Counted from the stretch's first letter, positions 1 through 13,160 are shown. The stretch is DNA of 44,759 bases from Octopus bimaculoides (GCF_001194135.2 NC_068998.1:41823189-41867947); one strand, 5' to 3'. Notes: generated by a model not told the origin, from the sequence alone. Made by a program: numbers and translations.

Positions 1-43
<43 letters not shown>

Positions 44-520
44 TTGTATACACTCTCACCATATATATTGGATAATTTTGGGGTAATGTGTATTCACCAT
101 TACGTATGTTTCATTTTCTAATAGGAATCACGAAGGTGTACATGTTGGGAAGATATATAATTTTCTATTCGATATCTTTCAAACAAACAATCAAATAATG
201 TACTTTACATCAATACGACAACGACAGCTAATACTTACTGGACTGTAATACTGGAATAAGCAGACCTACTTTACGAGGACACACCGTGCATATTACCCTA
301 ACACGCCAACTAAAGATTTGATTGTTATTCATTCTTATTCTTGTATTAGCCTTCGATTTTCTTGAAATTCGCCTAACCGATATTTATATTTACTTTTCCT
401 ACAAGAAGAATTCTCTTGGATGTTAATTCTACTCATATTTATTTGTTTGATATACTTATCCAAATTCGTTTAACACTGAGTGTTTATAGGTATCTAGATG
501 CATGTATTAACTCCTTTTGC

Positions 521-602
<82 letters not shown>

Positions 603-810
603 CATACACACACATAAACACACACATATATACACACACATATATACACACACATGGGTCTGTTTTCGGTAGTCGTTACTGGTGAGGGTTTTACGAGGCC
701 GGAGTGCAATTCTACTTTAATCTCTTTTAGTTTCCTTTTACAAAACGCAGAGGAAATGTTTGCTCTATTCTTTGATGTACCGGTCTCCATACAGCCCCAT
801 AGCTACATGA

Positions 811-924
811 AATGATGAAGTATTTTGCTCAAGAACACAACGCACCACCCGGCCCTGGAATTGAATCCACCATCTAACGATCTAACGATCGTGACCACAG
901 TATGCTAACCACTAGGCCACGAGC
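811..924 (-). mobile_element. tRNA-derived SINE head (family C)
   Basis: Reverse complement reads GCTCGTGGCCTAGTGG (A box) ... GGATTCAATTCC (B box) ... GTTGTGTTCTTGAGCAAAATACTT; contains an 8-nt tandem duplication (ctaacgat x2). Confidence 0.8.
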
Positions 925-1027
925 ATTCACTATGATATATTAAATTACTTCTTTGTTTTATCATGACAGAATTATAAAACCACATGACAGGAGATAATAG
1001 ATTCTGCCTGCTCACAGCCTATAGAAA

Positions 1028-1068
1028 GAAGTATTTTGCTCAAGAACACAACGCACCACCCGGCCCTG
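1028..1068 (-). mobile_element. Second partial copy of the same SINE, cut by an N-gap
   Basis: 41 nt identical to 817-857 (gaagtattttgctcaagaacacaacgcaccacccggccctg), ending at the gap edge. Confidence 0.65.
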
Positions 1069-1789
1069 NNNNNNNNNNNNNNNNNNNNNNNNNNNNNNNN
1101 NNNNNNNNNNNNNNNNNNNNNNNNNNNNNNNNNNNNNNNNNNNNNNNNNNNNNNNNNNNNNNNNNNNNNNNNNNNNNNNNNNNNNNNNNNNNNNNNNNNN
1201 NNNNNNNNNNNNNNNNNNNNNNNNNNNNNNNNNNNNNNNNNNNNNNNNNNNNNNNNNNNNNNNNNNNNNNNNNNNNNNNNNNNNNNNNNNNNNNNNNNNN
1301 NNNNNNNNNNNNNNNNNNNNNNNNNNNNNNNNNNNNNNNNNNNNNNNNNNNNNNNNNNNNNNNNNNNNNNNNNNNNNNNNNNNNNNNNNNNNNNNNNNNN
1401 NNNNNNNNNNNNNNNNNNNNNNNNNNNNNNNNNNNNNNNNNNNNNNNNNNNNNNNNNNNNNNNNNNNNNNNNNNNNNNNNNNNNNNNNNNNNNNNNNNNN
1501 NNNNNNNNNNNNNNNNNNNNNNNNNNNNNNNNNNNNNNNNNNNNNNNNNNNNNNNNNNNNNNNNNNNNNNNNNNNNNNNNNNNNNNNNNNNNNNNNNNNN
1601 NNNNNNNNNNNNNNNNNNNNNNNNNNNNNNNNNNNNNNNNNNNNNNNNNNNNNNNNNNNNNNNNNNNNNNNNNNNNNNNNNNNNNNNNNNNNNNNNNNNN
1701 NNNNNGTTAGTTTTAGGAACACGTCTTTTTATAGAATTAATCGCTTTCATTGGTTCCGGAATTTGTGACAAAATCGTTCTTGTAGTATT

Positions 1790-1798
1790 GTTATTATT

Positions 1799-1897
<99 letters not shown>

Positions 1898-1898
1898 A
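1790..1898. repeat. Compound (TTA)n-(TTG)n microsatellite
   Basis: Direct reading of the sequence. Confidence 0.95.
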
Positions 1899-2254
1899 TT
1901 CTTGTCATTGCTTTCTGTTTTTGCTGTTCTTGTCTCAGACCTGCCCTGGAAGACAACTTCCAAGTTGTAACCACTTTGGTTTTGTTTTCACTGTCATTGT
2001 TTCAAGGAGTATCATGTTCGATGGAGCCCGCATTTTTTTAATAGACTGACTAAAGATAGACTTGGAGGAATATTATTTCTTGTTTCAAGCAGATTCAGCG
2101 GTCTCGTAAAAATATGCTCGTTGGTTGGTCTGAAGATGTGTTAGTTTTACAATTTTTTGTTCGTACTTATTGTTCGTATTTCTGTCGTTATTACTATTTC
2201 TTATTTGAATTATTGAATTATTTCTTTTGTTATTTTTGTCGATGGTCTGTGAAT

Positions 2255-2450
2255 TCGCGTGGCTTAATGGTTACGGTGTCACGCTGAGAATCTTGTGCTC
2301 ATGATTTCGAACTCAGGATAAAGTGCTACGTTCTCCTCTTCTGCAGAAAGCGCTTTGTAGTATCACGTTGCTCCAGTCCATTCAATTCTAAAGAATTTAC
2401 TCTGAAACGGATTGGCGCCCGTCCAGCGGATATATAGTGGTTGCGGTCCT
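2255..2450 (+). mobile_element. Degenerate tRNA-derived SINE (family C)
   Basis: cgcgtggcttaatggttacgg (A box), gatttcgaactc (B box-like), and body cacgttgctccagtccattca. Confidence 0.7.
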
Positions 2451-2921
2451 TTATACGCCACTGAAAAATGCAATGTTATTTTGTTATTAATTTGGTGTTA
2501 ATTTTGTTGTTGCTCTTACTGTTGTTGTTGTCAAGCTATTTAGGTTACCGTTATTAGCGATGATTTGTTAGTGTCATACTTCTTTTGATCGAACTAGCTA
2601 TGATGAAAGATTTTCCTGTCATGTAATCAAAGCGGATTTTAAAATTCTTACAAATGATTGCAATATCCAATGTTCCAAATTTACACATATACGTACGCAC
2701 ACGCGCACACGCACACACACACACACGCACACATACGCATACACAAACACGCACGCAAATATATATGTATGTATGTATTTGCGTATGTATATGCATGTCT
2801 TTATGTATGCAAATAAAAATTATTCCATGTTCTCTCGAATTTTATAAATTCTCGTCACGTCAACACATAATATATTATATATAAATATATATATGTATAA
2901 AATTATATATATATTTATGTA

Positions 2922-2958
<37 letters not shown>

Positions 2959-4597
2959 NNNNNNNNNNNNNNNNNNNNNNNNNNNNNNNNNNNNNNNNNN
3001 NNNNNNNNNNNNNNNNNNNNNNNNNNNNNNNNNNNNNNNNNNNNNNNNNNNNNNNNNNNNNNNNNNNNNNNNNNNNNNNNNNNNNNNNNNNNNNNNNNNN
3101 NNNNNNNNNNNNNNNNNNNNNNNNNNNNNNNNNNNNNNNNNNNNNNNNNNNNNNNNNNNNNNNNNNNNNNNNNNNNNNNNNNNNNNNNNNNNNNNNNNNN
3201 NNNNATATATATATATATATATATATATATATAACTACACTGAATTTTGGTTGTTATATCTCGCAAGTGAAGCAACCATTTAGAGCTTTGTCGTTTGACT
3301 GTGATTACAAATAAATAATAGATAGGGATGGTGTGATGTAGATAGTGATGTTGAGAAATGGCAGCAAGAATGACAAATCACCGAATGATTCCCAACGGCA
3401 TATTTATATTTTACTTCCGTTGTACAAAATAAAGTAAATTTGCAAAAATAAATAAAATACAAATAAGATAAGATAAAATACACAAAACAACACTGAAATT
3501 AGTGGGGAAAACACTAAACAAATCCGAGACAAACAATGTAACAAACAGAACAAGAACAACAGTATAAACAAACGCAACAACAACAATTACAAGTAACATT
3601 AACAATAAAATATGGAGATTAATGGAGTTGTAGAAATGAGTCTTCAACTTCCGGTGTTTACGCGATATTTATGTAATCGGAAGATAAACAAGCAGAAAAT
3701 GTAATTTTAATGGAGAGGGAGAGAGTGGGAGAGAGAAAGGGAAGGCTGAGGTGTGTGTTTCTATGTGTGATTTTAATGTGAGTAAATATAAGTTTGTTGT
3801 GTAATTGGGGGTGGTGGTCATGGTTGTGAGTATGATGCTGGTTATCACAGTGGTAGTGTATACGACAGTAGTGGTGCGGAAGTATGGATCTTCAGAGTGA
3901 CTCGATGATCTTTAGGCATGGCCGTGTGCATGTGTATTTGTATGTATATGTACATGTATGCATAAATATATGTCTGTATGTATATATGGAAATATAGAGT
4001 GCGTATATATATGCATGTGTATACGCATTCACGCATGTACAAGTATATATATATATATNNNNNNNNNNNNNNNNNNNNNNNNNNNNNNNNNNNNNNNNNN
4101 NNNNNNNNNNNNNNNNNNNNNNNNNNNNNNNNNNNNNNNNNNNNNNNNNNNNNNNNNNNNNNNNNNNNNNNNNNNNNNNNNNNNNNNNNNNNNNNNNNNN
4201 NAAATAATATATACATACATACAAACACATGTATGGAAAAACATATATGTATGTATGTATCGATCTCTCTATCTTTATATATATATATATCTATGAATAT
4301 ATGTATTTATGCATATCAATATGTGTGGGTGTGTAAACACAATATTAAATATACGTGTAGAAGATTAAATAACAGAAGAGAACATGCAGATATGTTGATA
4401 TATACACACTTATGTAAACAATCTTTATTTAAGCATATAAGCATTTACATGTATAAAATATATACATACGCGTACACACACATATGCATATATATGTATC
4501 TAAATGTATATGTATGTGCATACACATATATACATATGTACACACACACACTCCCACGCTCGTATACAAATATGTAACAAGGATGACCAAGTATTAA

Positions 4598-4684
4598 TGC
4601 ATTACGGACGTTTCAAGCGGCTCCATGTAATCAATCAATGAAAACATTACATCAATTTGAAAGAAACCGCTCTTTTCAGAAGCA
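4598..4684 (-). ncRNA. Minimal type I hammerhead ribozyme relic with extended helix II (G8>A lesion)
   Basis: Minus strand: UGCUU-CUGAAAA-GAGCGG-(46 nt)-CCGCUU-GAAAC-GUCC-GUA-AUGCA. Helix II has 6 bp and helix I pairs at 4 of 5 positions. A paralog lies at 10771-10857. Confidence 0.6.
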
Positions 4685-5849
4685 GATGACCGTAAAGATT
4701 TCCAACAAACCATTTTTACACGTGTTTCATTTGCTAATAGGATTTACAAACTTGACATTTGCATGAAGCGTTTACATTATAGGTAGTAATGAAGAATCTT
4801 TTAGATAGTTTCACGGAGATAAAAAATATCAAGTCATACAGAAAAATATACTTATATTTATATAGATGTATAGATATAACATGCCAACATACATAGGTAC
4901 ATAGGTACATAGATACGTGCATGCATACGTACATAGATATATACAGGCTTACACACATGCTTCATCATTGTATATGCAGATTCAATTGCCACCAGGATAA
5001 AAGCTGAAATCGCATTTAAGAACAAAAATCAAAAGAAAAGACGAATTTTGTTTCACATACAATCCACTCATAAACAAGCATTTTCAGCGACTGCACAAAC
5101 AGACACACATAAACGTACACCCACACACATGTATACTGTCTCTTACACATATCCGCTGACGAGGCAAATACGCAAAGATGTATTTATATATGTTAACGTA
5201 AGATTTTTTTTTATATCTATGTCTCTAGGATTTGAAGCAATAACGGATTTTTTTATTAAAAAAGTGTGTAATGATATTAAAGTAGTATTCTATTTAAAAA
5301 TAGCAAATTTAATATGTAAACGATAATAATAATGATAATAAAAATTAACAATAACAACCACAATGAAAATCGAAAGGAAAATAGATTATAAAGTTTGAAT
5401 TATAAATTATATGTACGATTTGAGAAGGGGAGGGGATTAGTAAATTAACTTGACCCCAGTAGGTAGCTGGCATTATGTAGGGGTAGGCTCAATGGAATGT
5501 GTTTATAGACAAGGTGGAGTTGAAATCTTCTTGGCTTTAAGGGTGTCGCGAATGACCTGGTTGGTAGCCCTAAATCCCGAGTTCTTTTACAGGGCTCAGA
5601 AAAACTGAAGGCCGTTGCAATAAGTATGTGCATCTGAGAGAGGAATGTGCTGAATAAAATCATAATTGACTGTTCCTCTTGTATTTTCTTTTACCTAGAG
5701 CCAGGGACTTTTCAGCATCGTCTCGTACGTATGTATGTATGTATGTATGTATGTAGAGTCGTGGCCAAACTTTGGAAGATAGCTCTCGAAACTAGAATTT
5801 TTATATTAAGTGTCCAAAGTTATAGTTCATTTGCAATATGCGATTCGAA

Positions 5850-6068
5850 GGCAGCGGGCTGGCAGAAACGTTAGCACGCCGGGTGAAATGCTTAGCGGTA
5901 TTTCGTCTGTCTTTGCGTTCTGATCTCAAATTGTGCTGAGGTCGACTTTGCCTTTTTTCCTTTCGGGGTTGATAAATTAAGTACCATTTGCGTACTGGGT
6001 CGATCTAATCGACTGGCCCTCTCCCCCAAAATTTCTGGCTTTGTGCCCTGAGTAGAAAAGAATATATT
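5850..6068 (+). mobile_element. Near full-length tRNA-derived SINE (family A)
   Basis: ggcagcgggctggcagaaacgttagcacgccggg...gaggtcgactttgcc...ggggttgataaattaagtacc...gagtagaaaagaatatt; homologous to 12385, 12603, 14178 and 37260. Confidence 0.9.
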
Positions 6069-7464
6069 ATTACTTGGCCAAAAGTTTGGAACATAGGTTT
6101 GACATTTAGAATTGAACCATTGGATCAATTATTAGGTGTGTATATATATCCACGTTGTATATATTTCAATCGGATCGTACATGGGCATGACAATTTTAAT
6201 TTTTGGAAAATATTTCCAAACTTTTGGCCACGTATGTATAAATGCATGTATGTATATAAGTATGAATGTATGTATTTATATGTGTGTATGTAAGTAAGTA
6301 TGTATGTATGTATGGATGGATGGATGAATGGATGGACGGATAAATGGATGTGTGCATTATGTGTGCGTACATTCAAGTGTTCCTCTGTCTCGTATCACAG
6401 GCATATTTACTGTGTGTATATAATCATATGAACACCTAACACAGCATCAAAAATATATTTACACCCCGCGCCCATCATCACCACCCCGATTGCCATCGTT
6501 CTTAATATGTAAGATATAGTACACTACGACAAAAAGACCTATCAATATTCTTGTTCATTTTCATATTGAGTCTCATTTCTATCTTTAAATCTCTTTATAT
6601 CTTTATAACGTTTTGAAGTGACTGTTTCTCTGTAAAATACAACAGCTAGGAAGCATTTACTGAAAACGAACACGACGCTCATATATAATATATTCATTAT
6701 TTATTACACAGGATACACAAAGCGAACGTGACTTCCAAGTTGCAATGAAAAGGACTTGATAGACAAGTAAAAGAAAGTACGTTGGTAGTATAAGGATCAT
6801 AAATATTAGTTGGTGTAAAAGAACAGGAAGGAAGCTATAGACAGTACGAGTTGATGACGTGAATGGAGAAGGATAGAGGAGATGTTAGATGTGTCTGAAG
6901 AATTTGATAGCGAACTGGTGCCATACAAAATAACAGATATGTGAAAGAATCAGAGAGGCACAAAAAATACATATAAGAATATATGATGAAGGGCACGGGG
7001 ATAGAAATGCACTGGCATTTAAACAAGCATATATATATATATATATATAAGCAATGTTAATTCTCTAAATGAAGTATNNNNNNNNNNCACACACACACAC
7101 ATGAAAACACACACACATATATATATATATACATACATATATATATACATACATACACACACACATACACAAATACATACACAGGCATATACACAATGTG
7201 TGTGTGAGTTTTTACATAATAACAAAATGTTAATTATCATTTCCTTACGTATCTCCGTTGGTGAATGATATCTGCTTATGTAATTGTATAATATCAGTTG
7301 TGTTTGTAAGCAGAAAGTAGCGAGACGATGTTTGTCTTGTTGAAAGCAGTCCGAAATTGTATTGACTATTATTTCTACCGTGTGGTTCTTCCATTTTTAA
7401 AAAAATATTAACATAATTTATTCGAATCTCAACTCCTTTAATTTAGTACCATCTAAATTCTCAG

Positions 7465-7721
7465 CTATCCCATCAGAAGTCTTCGTTGTATCTTGTGATA
7501 TAACTAAAACTGCAGAAGATCAAAGCAATCANNNNNNNNNNNNNNNNNNNNNNNNNNNNNNNNNNNNNNNNNNNNNNNNNNNNNNNNNNNNNNNNNNNNN
7601 NNNNNNNNNNNNNNNNNNNNNNNNNNNNNNNNNNNNNNNNNNNNNNNNNNNGTCTTCGTTGTATCTTGTGATATAACTAAAACTGCAGAAGATCAAAGCA
7701 ATCATTGCAAGTATTCTTATG
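7465..7721 (+). CDS. Weak candidate internal exon (xIPSEVFVVSCDITKTAEDQSNHCKYSY), split by a spurious gap
   Basis: ttctcAG acceptor at 7463-7464. The frame is open once the 53-bp overlap across the gap is collapsed. GT donors at 7711 or 7722. No recognisable homology. Confidence 0.2.
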
Positions 7722-9148
7722 GTATTTCAGACTCTGCTTAATCCAGATTGTACAGACACATCATCAACAGCTCTCCAGTCAAACTTCTTCCGCATTTTCA
7801 GGAATATTCGCAACTACATAATATTCCTGATCTACCTTTCTTGGATTAGGATGATGAATTTTAAAGTCACAAAGAAGATAATACCAATTGTTTAGTGTAC
7901 AACAAACTGTCTGAACTCGTAGCAATATTTATTCAGCAATATTAATCTCTCTTATTTTTTCTCTCTCTCTCTCTTTCTCTTCCATCAGTCACATCCGGAA
8001 TATTGCACTGGGTCAAAATTAAGAGGCTTAGGCAGTGTCTATAATTGTTATGACTACATGGGCACTTGAAACAATTGGCAACAGTGTGGAATATGTTATA
8101 GAGTCATACTTGCTCGCGTGTGACGGCTGGATGTGATGTACTTTAAACAACGCGTATGATAAATAAAAAATAATAATAATAACAACAGCAACAGCCAAAC
8201 ATGAACAATGATAATAATAATTGATGATGATAATATTAGTAATAATAGGAATACTAATTATCATTATCATCATCACATTCACCGTATTAGTAATGCAAAC
8301 AAAAAAAACTAATACTACCAGGAGAGATTTAAAAAGGAAGTTATCCGTTTGACTAAATAAATTTATTAATTATATTTCAGCTGCTTCTAATTATTATTAT
8401 TATAATTATAAATATTTCTTCCTCTTCTTCTTTTTCTTCTTCTTCTTACTATTATCTAACGATATGAGCAATTACCAACGAAATACCTCGTTTCTGAAGA
8501 AATCATAATTTATTGATAGCTAAATGAATTTCATGTTATATATTTATTGTTTTCTTTCTTTTCTAAATAAAAAAAATACATATATATTAAGAAAAAATAT
8601 CATCATCATCATCATCGCATTGGTTGTACAAAATATAAAAAATAAGCACTAGCAAATAAATGAAACACTGAAAACCAAAAGAATATACAACAGCAGCAAA
8701 AAAAAAAAAAGAAAAACCAATTACATTAGTGTTTGGGTCAGTGATGCCGAATATAATGTTTATTTATTTGTTTTTCGCGTGTTTTATCTCTTTAACATTT
8801 CCGACTTTGTGTATATTGTTTGTTTAATAAAATCACATATAGAGTTATTAAGGAAATACAAATGAATTATTAATGGCGGTCAAGATTTTAATTGGTCAAT
8901 CATTATTTTATTTTATATTATTGCATTGTTTCTTATTTTATTTACTGTTCTTTTCTTTAGTTTTGAACATCTGATGTTGGCTGGGTTTCCATCAATACCA
9001 AATAAATGGTTGAGAAAGCAACAAAACCAAGAGAGATTATTTATTTGATCTTATCCTGTGGAGTCATATACAACAATACTGTGATGTTGACGCTGGCAAA
9101 TACTCATCGTTTTTCATCTGTCGCAATGTATCAGTTCAGAAAACAATT

Positions 9149-9234
<86 letters not shown>

Positions 9235-9260
9235 CTCTCTCTATCTATCTATCTATCTAT

Positions 9261-9301
<41 letters not shown>

Positions 9302-9315
9302 CATACATACATATA
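9149..9315. repeat. (TATC)n-(TA)n-(TACA)n compound microsatellite
   Basis: Direct reading. Confidence 0.95.
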
Positions 9316-9880
9316 TACTCAGGGTAGGCAGTCGGTGACCTTTATGTAGTAAAACACAAGAAATAAGTGAAATATAGGTGCGCGACTAAAGGCAGATTTA
9401 ATTCTGCCTTTATAGCACGTAAAGAAAACGGTGTTGTGGGAGTGTACGCAACACAGCAGTACTATGCGTAGCCTAAATACTGAGATTGAAATGCAGGGGC
9501 GAATTATGGCTACCTAATCTCCAAAAAAAAAAAAAACTTTGCATTTTATGCATAGTAATTAGTGTAACCTTCATAATTTTATTGAATTAGGTCCAAATTT
9601 TGCCGTAAATGGAAAATGTTGCTATGAATCTATTCTATTCAAGGTATAAATTCGAGGTCTAGTTTGCCTACCTCGGCGGCTCGTTTCTGCTTTGTATACA
9701 TACTTTTTAATGAGTAACACTTTAGAGTTTGACGAAGTTGGTTTATTCTACTTTCTAAGATTTACTTTCTAAAACATTAGATCCGACCCGGAGTCGTTCT
9801 GTTTATGTACTGTACTTGTCTCGGAATACTTAATGAAATAGTTTAAAGTTTTCTGAATTAACCGATATATATACAGAAAG

Positions 9881-9884
<4 letters not shown>

Positions 9885-9977
<93 letters not shown>

Positions 9978-9995
9978 GAGAGAGAGAGAAAGAGC
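9885..9995. repeat. Long (GA)n polypurine tract
   Basis: About 110 nt of near-pure GA; purine-rich sequence continues to about 10100. Confidence 0.95.
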
Positions 9996-10304
9996 GAGGA
10001 AGGGAGGGAACGATAAAGGGAGCGAATAAGAAAGAGTTACAGACTGAGACAGACATACGTATAGACGGATTGCCAAAGAAGGAAAGAAAGAGAAGGAGAG
10101 AGATGTGGGTGATACTTTAATCAAGGATCAAAGAGACTGGAAATCTAATGAGGATGCTTTACGAATCAAAGATAACTCAAAAGCAAATTATGGTATTTTA
10201 TAGAATGTTAATGATTTTGCCAAGAATATCTGGTTTTGCTAATTCAGTAAGTAAAATATGACTCGATATCGTTATATATCTCTCTCATCCTCTCTATCCT
10301 CATT

Positions 10305-10324
10305 CATACATATACATATATACA

Positions 10325-10358
<34 letters not shown>

Positions 10359-10456
10359 CATACACATATATATATATACATATACATACATACATGCATA
10401 CATACATACATATATATGTATATATATATATATATATGTATAGATAGATGCATACG

Positions 10457-10490
<34 letters not shown>

Positions 10491-10569
10491 CATACACATA
10501 TATATATATATACATATACATACATACATGCATACATACATACATATATATGTATATATATATATATAC
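10305..10569. repeat. (TACA)/(TA) compound satellite with a higher-order duplication of about 128 bp
   Basis: The same succession of variant motifs, including tacatgcata and tatatatgta, occurs twice, separated by tagatagatgcatacgta. Confidence 0.85.
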
Positions 10570-10571
10570 AC

Positions 10572-10631
10572 TGGCGGTGCTCCAGCCTGGCCGAAGCCTC
10601 AAGGCTGAAACATATAAAAGAATAAAAGAAT
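10572..10631 (+). mobile_element. SINE 3' end fragment (family B)
   Basis: ggcggtgctccagcctggccgaagc...gctgaaacatataaaagaataaaag; homologous to 39458-39527. Confidence 0.75.
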
Positions 10632-10770
10632 ACATATGTGTGTCAGAAATAATTAAGATTCAGTTGAAATAGGTACTTAAGTTGAGACACCAAGTTTGTC
10701 GGTATGGTCCGCACAGCTCAAAGTTAGATTAATAAAAACCAAATAAGTAACAAGAATGTCCAGATATCAG

Positions 10771-10857
10771 TGTATTTCGGCCGTTTCAAGCAGCTCCATT
10801 TAATCGACCAATAAAAGCATTACATCAATTTGAAATAAACTGCTCTCCTCGGAAGCA
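10771..10857 (-). ncRNA. Hammerhead ribozyme relic, paralog of 4598-4684
   Basis: Minus strand: UGCUU-CCGAGGA-GAGCAG-(46 nt)-CUGCUU-GAAAC-GGCC-GAA. The helix III loop GGCC is palindromic and helix II shows a compensatory pair change relative to copy 1. Lesions: U4>C and U16.1>A. Confidence 0.55.
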
Positions 10858-11379
10858 GACGACCATACAGATTACTAATATACAGGATACACCATTATAA
10901 ATTATTTATGATATCATTATCATTATCGTACCAGCGACTTCTGAGACATTTTATGTAGATACAGCTTTCTTTTATATAGATATGGCTGGTTTTATGGTCC
11001 CAGTAAAATATAAGTAGATGTGAGTATCTGGTAATAATTAATTTATCACCACCAACGAGAACTTAACTGCCAATTCTCAATGAATTTAATTCAAAGGGAT
11101 TGTAGGCTACATGCTGCAATAAGTCTCTTGAATGTGATAAGGATAAAGATGAATGTAGCTATATCACCATTCCTCTTTCTTGACCTTATTATTTTCTTCT
11201 GCCACTCTAAATTTTAGTAGGCTGTAAGTATTTTTTCCCTAATTTCACTCTGCCACCAAAATATCAAAGAGAACCAATGTAATTATTTTAGTCCCTAGTA
11301 CTGATGAAAAATTTGCTTAAAAATTATAATGGTGTATTCTATATGTTGGAAATCTATATGGTCGTCTGTATTCGTATGT

Positions 11380-11455
11380 ATCTCTTCGCTTTGGGTTCAA
11401 ACCTCGTCAGGTTCCATTTGGCCTTTACCTCTTTGGTGGAGTTTGATAAAAATTT
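11380..11455 (+). mobile_element. Highly degenerate SINE family A fragment
   Basis: gggttcaaacctcgtcaggttccatttggcctttacctctttggtggagtttgataaaa resembles the B-box and body of family A. Confidence 0.45.
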
Positions 11456-12384
11456 GACAATACACATCGGTGGAGTGACAGAACAACTAGAGCCTCAGAA
11501 AGGATGACTTACACTATCTGTCCAAGATCTTTCTGTTCTGAGAGCAATGTCTGAGGAAAGACTGATACCTAACTGTAAAAGTCCAAGTCAATAGCTTTTG
11601 CTCTGGGTACATATCGGGGCCGTGTTGAGGGAAGTGTTGCTTGTAAGAGTAAACAATTGTTAAAAAGAGTCTTGACCCAACCTAGCAATCGGATAGGCCT
11701 GCATGCTCCCATTTCGTGTTTGTCGACGCGGGTAAGTACCACGAGATTCTACACAACCGGCTAGAGTTCTTTTCTACATCCTCGTCAAACACGTCCATGC
11801 AAGTATCATTCTTATTGCGCTCTTCCATTTCGTGTCTGTCGACGCAGATACGTGTATCGAGACATTACACAACTGACAATTTCCTCACGCCCGTCCGCAC
11901 AAACAAGTCCATTGACCCATACAAACAAAAGCGAAAGCAATAAATAACGAATAAAATAATAAAAGAATGCGATTTGATGTGTGGTTAATATGTCATCGAC
12001 GGAAGCCTTGTTAGAGGTATCTATTTATGTGAACGAGAGCTAAGGTGCCAGCAAGTTTGCCGGAACAATGAATCTAAATTGACAGCGACGAAATTTGTAT
12101 TGTATTGTTGTCACCCAACTAATCAATTGTTATGATAGAATTAAACAAAGAACAACAAAAGCCACATTATTCCTACCCACGCATCAAATAATCTTTATAT
12201 AAGTTTGTTAACAACATGACAGTTAGGAAAGATGGCGCCTCTTACAGATGTTTATCAAAGTACCTATTCTCTTAATGACTTACCCATATTCTCTGTAGCA
12301 TCTTTTTTTTTCCTGTTAGTCAATACTGCTTTATTTTTATATTATAGGTATTGTTATTGCTTGCACTATTATTGTTCTTGTACA

Positions 12385-12590
12385 CGTGGCAAGCTAGTAG
12401 AATTCTTAGCACGCTCGACGAATCGCTCGGCGGTATTTCTTTCGGCGTTCAGATTCCGCCAAGTTCGACTTCGCCTTTCATCTTTTTGGGGTCGATAAAA
12501 TATTGACCATTTGAGCACTAGCGTCGATATAATTGGCTTACACCATTCCCGAAATTGATGGCCTTGCGCAAAAAATTGAAATTATTATTA
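12385..12590 (+). mobile_element. Old SINE family A copy
   Basis: tggcaagctagtagaattcttagcacgc...ttccgccaagttcgacttcgcctttcatc...ggggtcgataaa. Confidence 0.8.
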
Positions 12591-12602
12591 CTGTTAATGC
12601 TA

Positions 12603-12718
12603 AGATGGTGAGCTGGCAGAATCATTAGCACGCCGGAGGAAATGCTTGGCTGTATTACGCTCATCTTTACGTTCTGAGTTCAAATTCCGCCGAGGTCGAC
12701 TTTGCGTTTCATCCTTTT
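12603..12718 (+). mobile_element. Younger 5' half of SINE family A, in tandem with the previous copy
   Basis: ggtgagctggcagaatcattagcacgccgg...ttctgagttcaaattccgccgaggtcgactttgc. Confidence 0.85.
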
Positions 12719-12898
12719 AATGATCAACGAACCTAAATATTTTCCTGGCTGACCACGACGACAGTGATCACCCACGAAGACGAATATGATGTGTTAGTGT
12801 GCGATATGATGATGATGATGATGATAGTGGTCGTAGAGACGATGGTGTAATAGTTAAAAGGAAGCTAGAACAATTACAAACCGAAGATTACAATAATT

Positions 12899-12908
12899 TC
12901 TTCTTCTT

Positions 12909-12941
<33 letters not shown>

Positions 12942-12977
12942 CTTCTTCTTCTTCTTCTTCTTCTTCTTCTTCTACAC

Positions 12978-13019
<42 letters not shown>

Positions 13020-13106
13020 TGACATCATCATCGTCCACTAAAACTACCATCACTCACCACCACCAATATCAGCTCTATTATTACTACCACCAGCACCACC
13101 ACTCTC

Positions 13107-13160
<54 letters not shown>
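12899..13160. repeat. Compound (TTC)n-(CAT)n-(CAC)-(CAT)n microsatellite
   Basis: Direct reading. Confidence 0.95.

Noticed and set aside
1939-2040. Signal-peptide-like exon (FQVVTTLVLFSLSLFQGVSCS) after a CAG acceptor
   Set aside because: No initiator Met, weak donor, and phase incompatible with the next candidate.
3647-3655. Perfect ETS site ACTTCCGGT (and a YY1-like AAGATGGCG near 12229)
   Set aside because: Single short motifs are expected by chance in 40 kb; there is no promoter evidence.
7727-7800. KKFDWR on the minus strand resembling the papain-family mature N-terminus
   Set aside because: The following residues lack the V..Q..CGSCW context and the frame stops within 15 codons.
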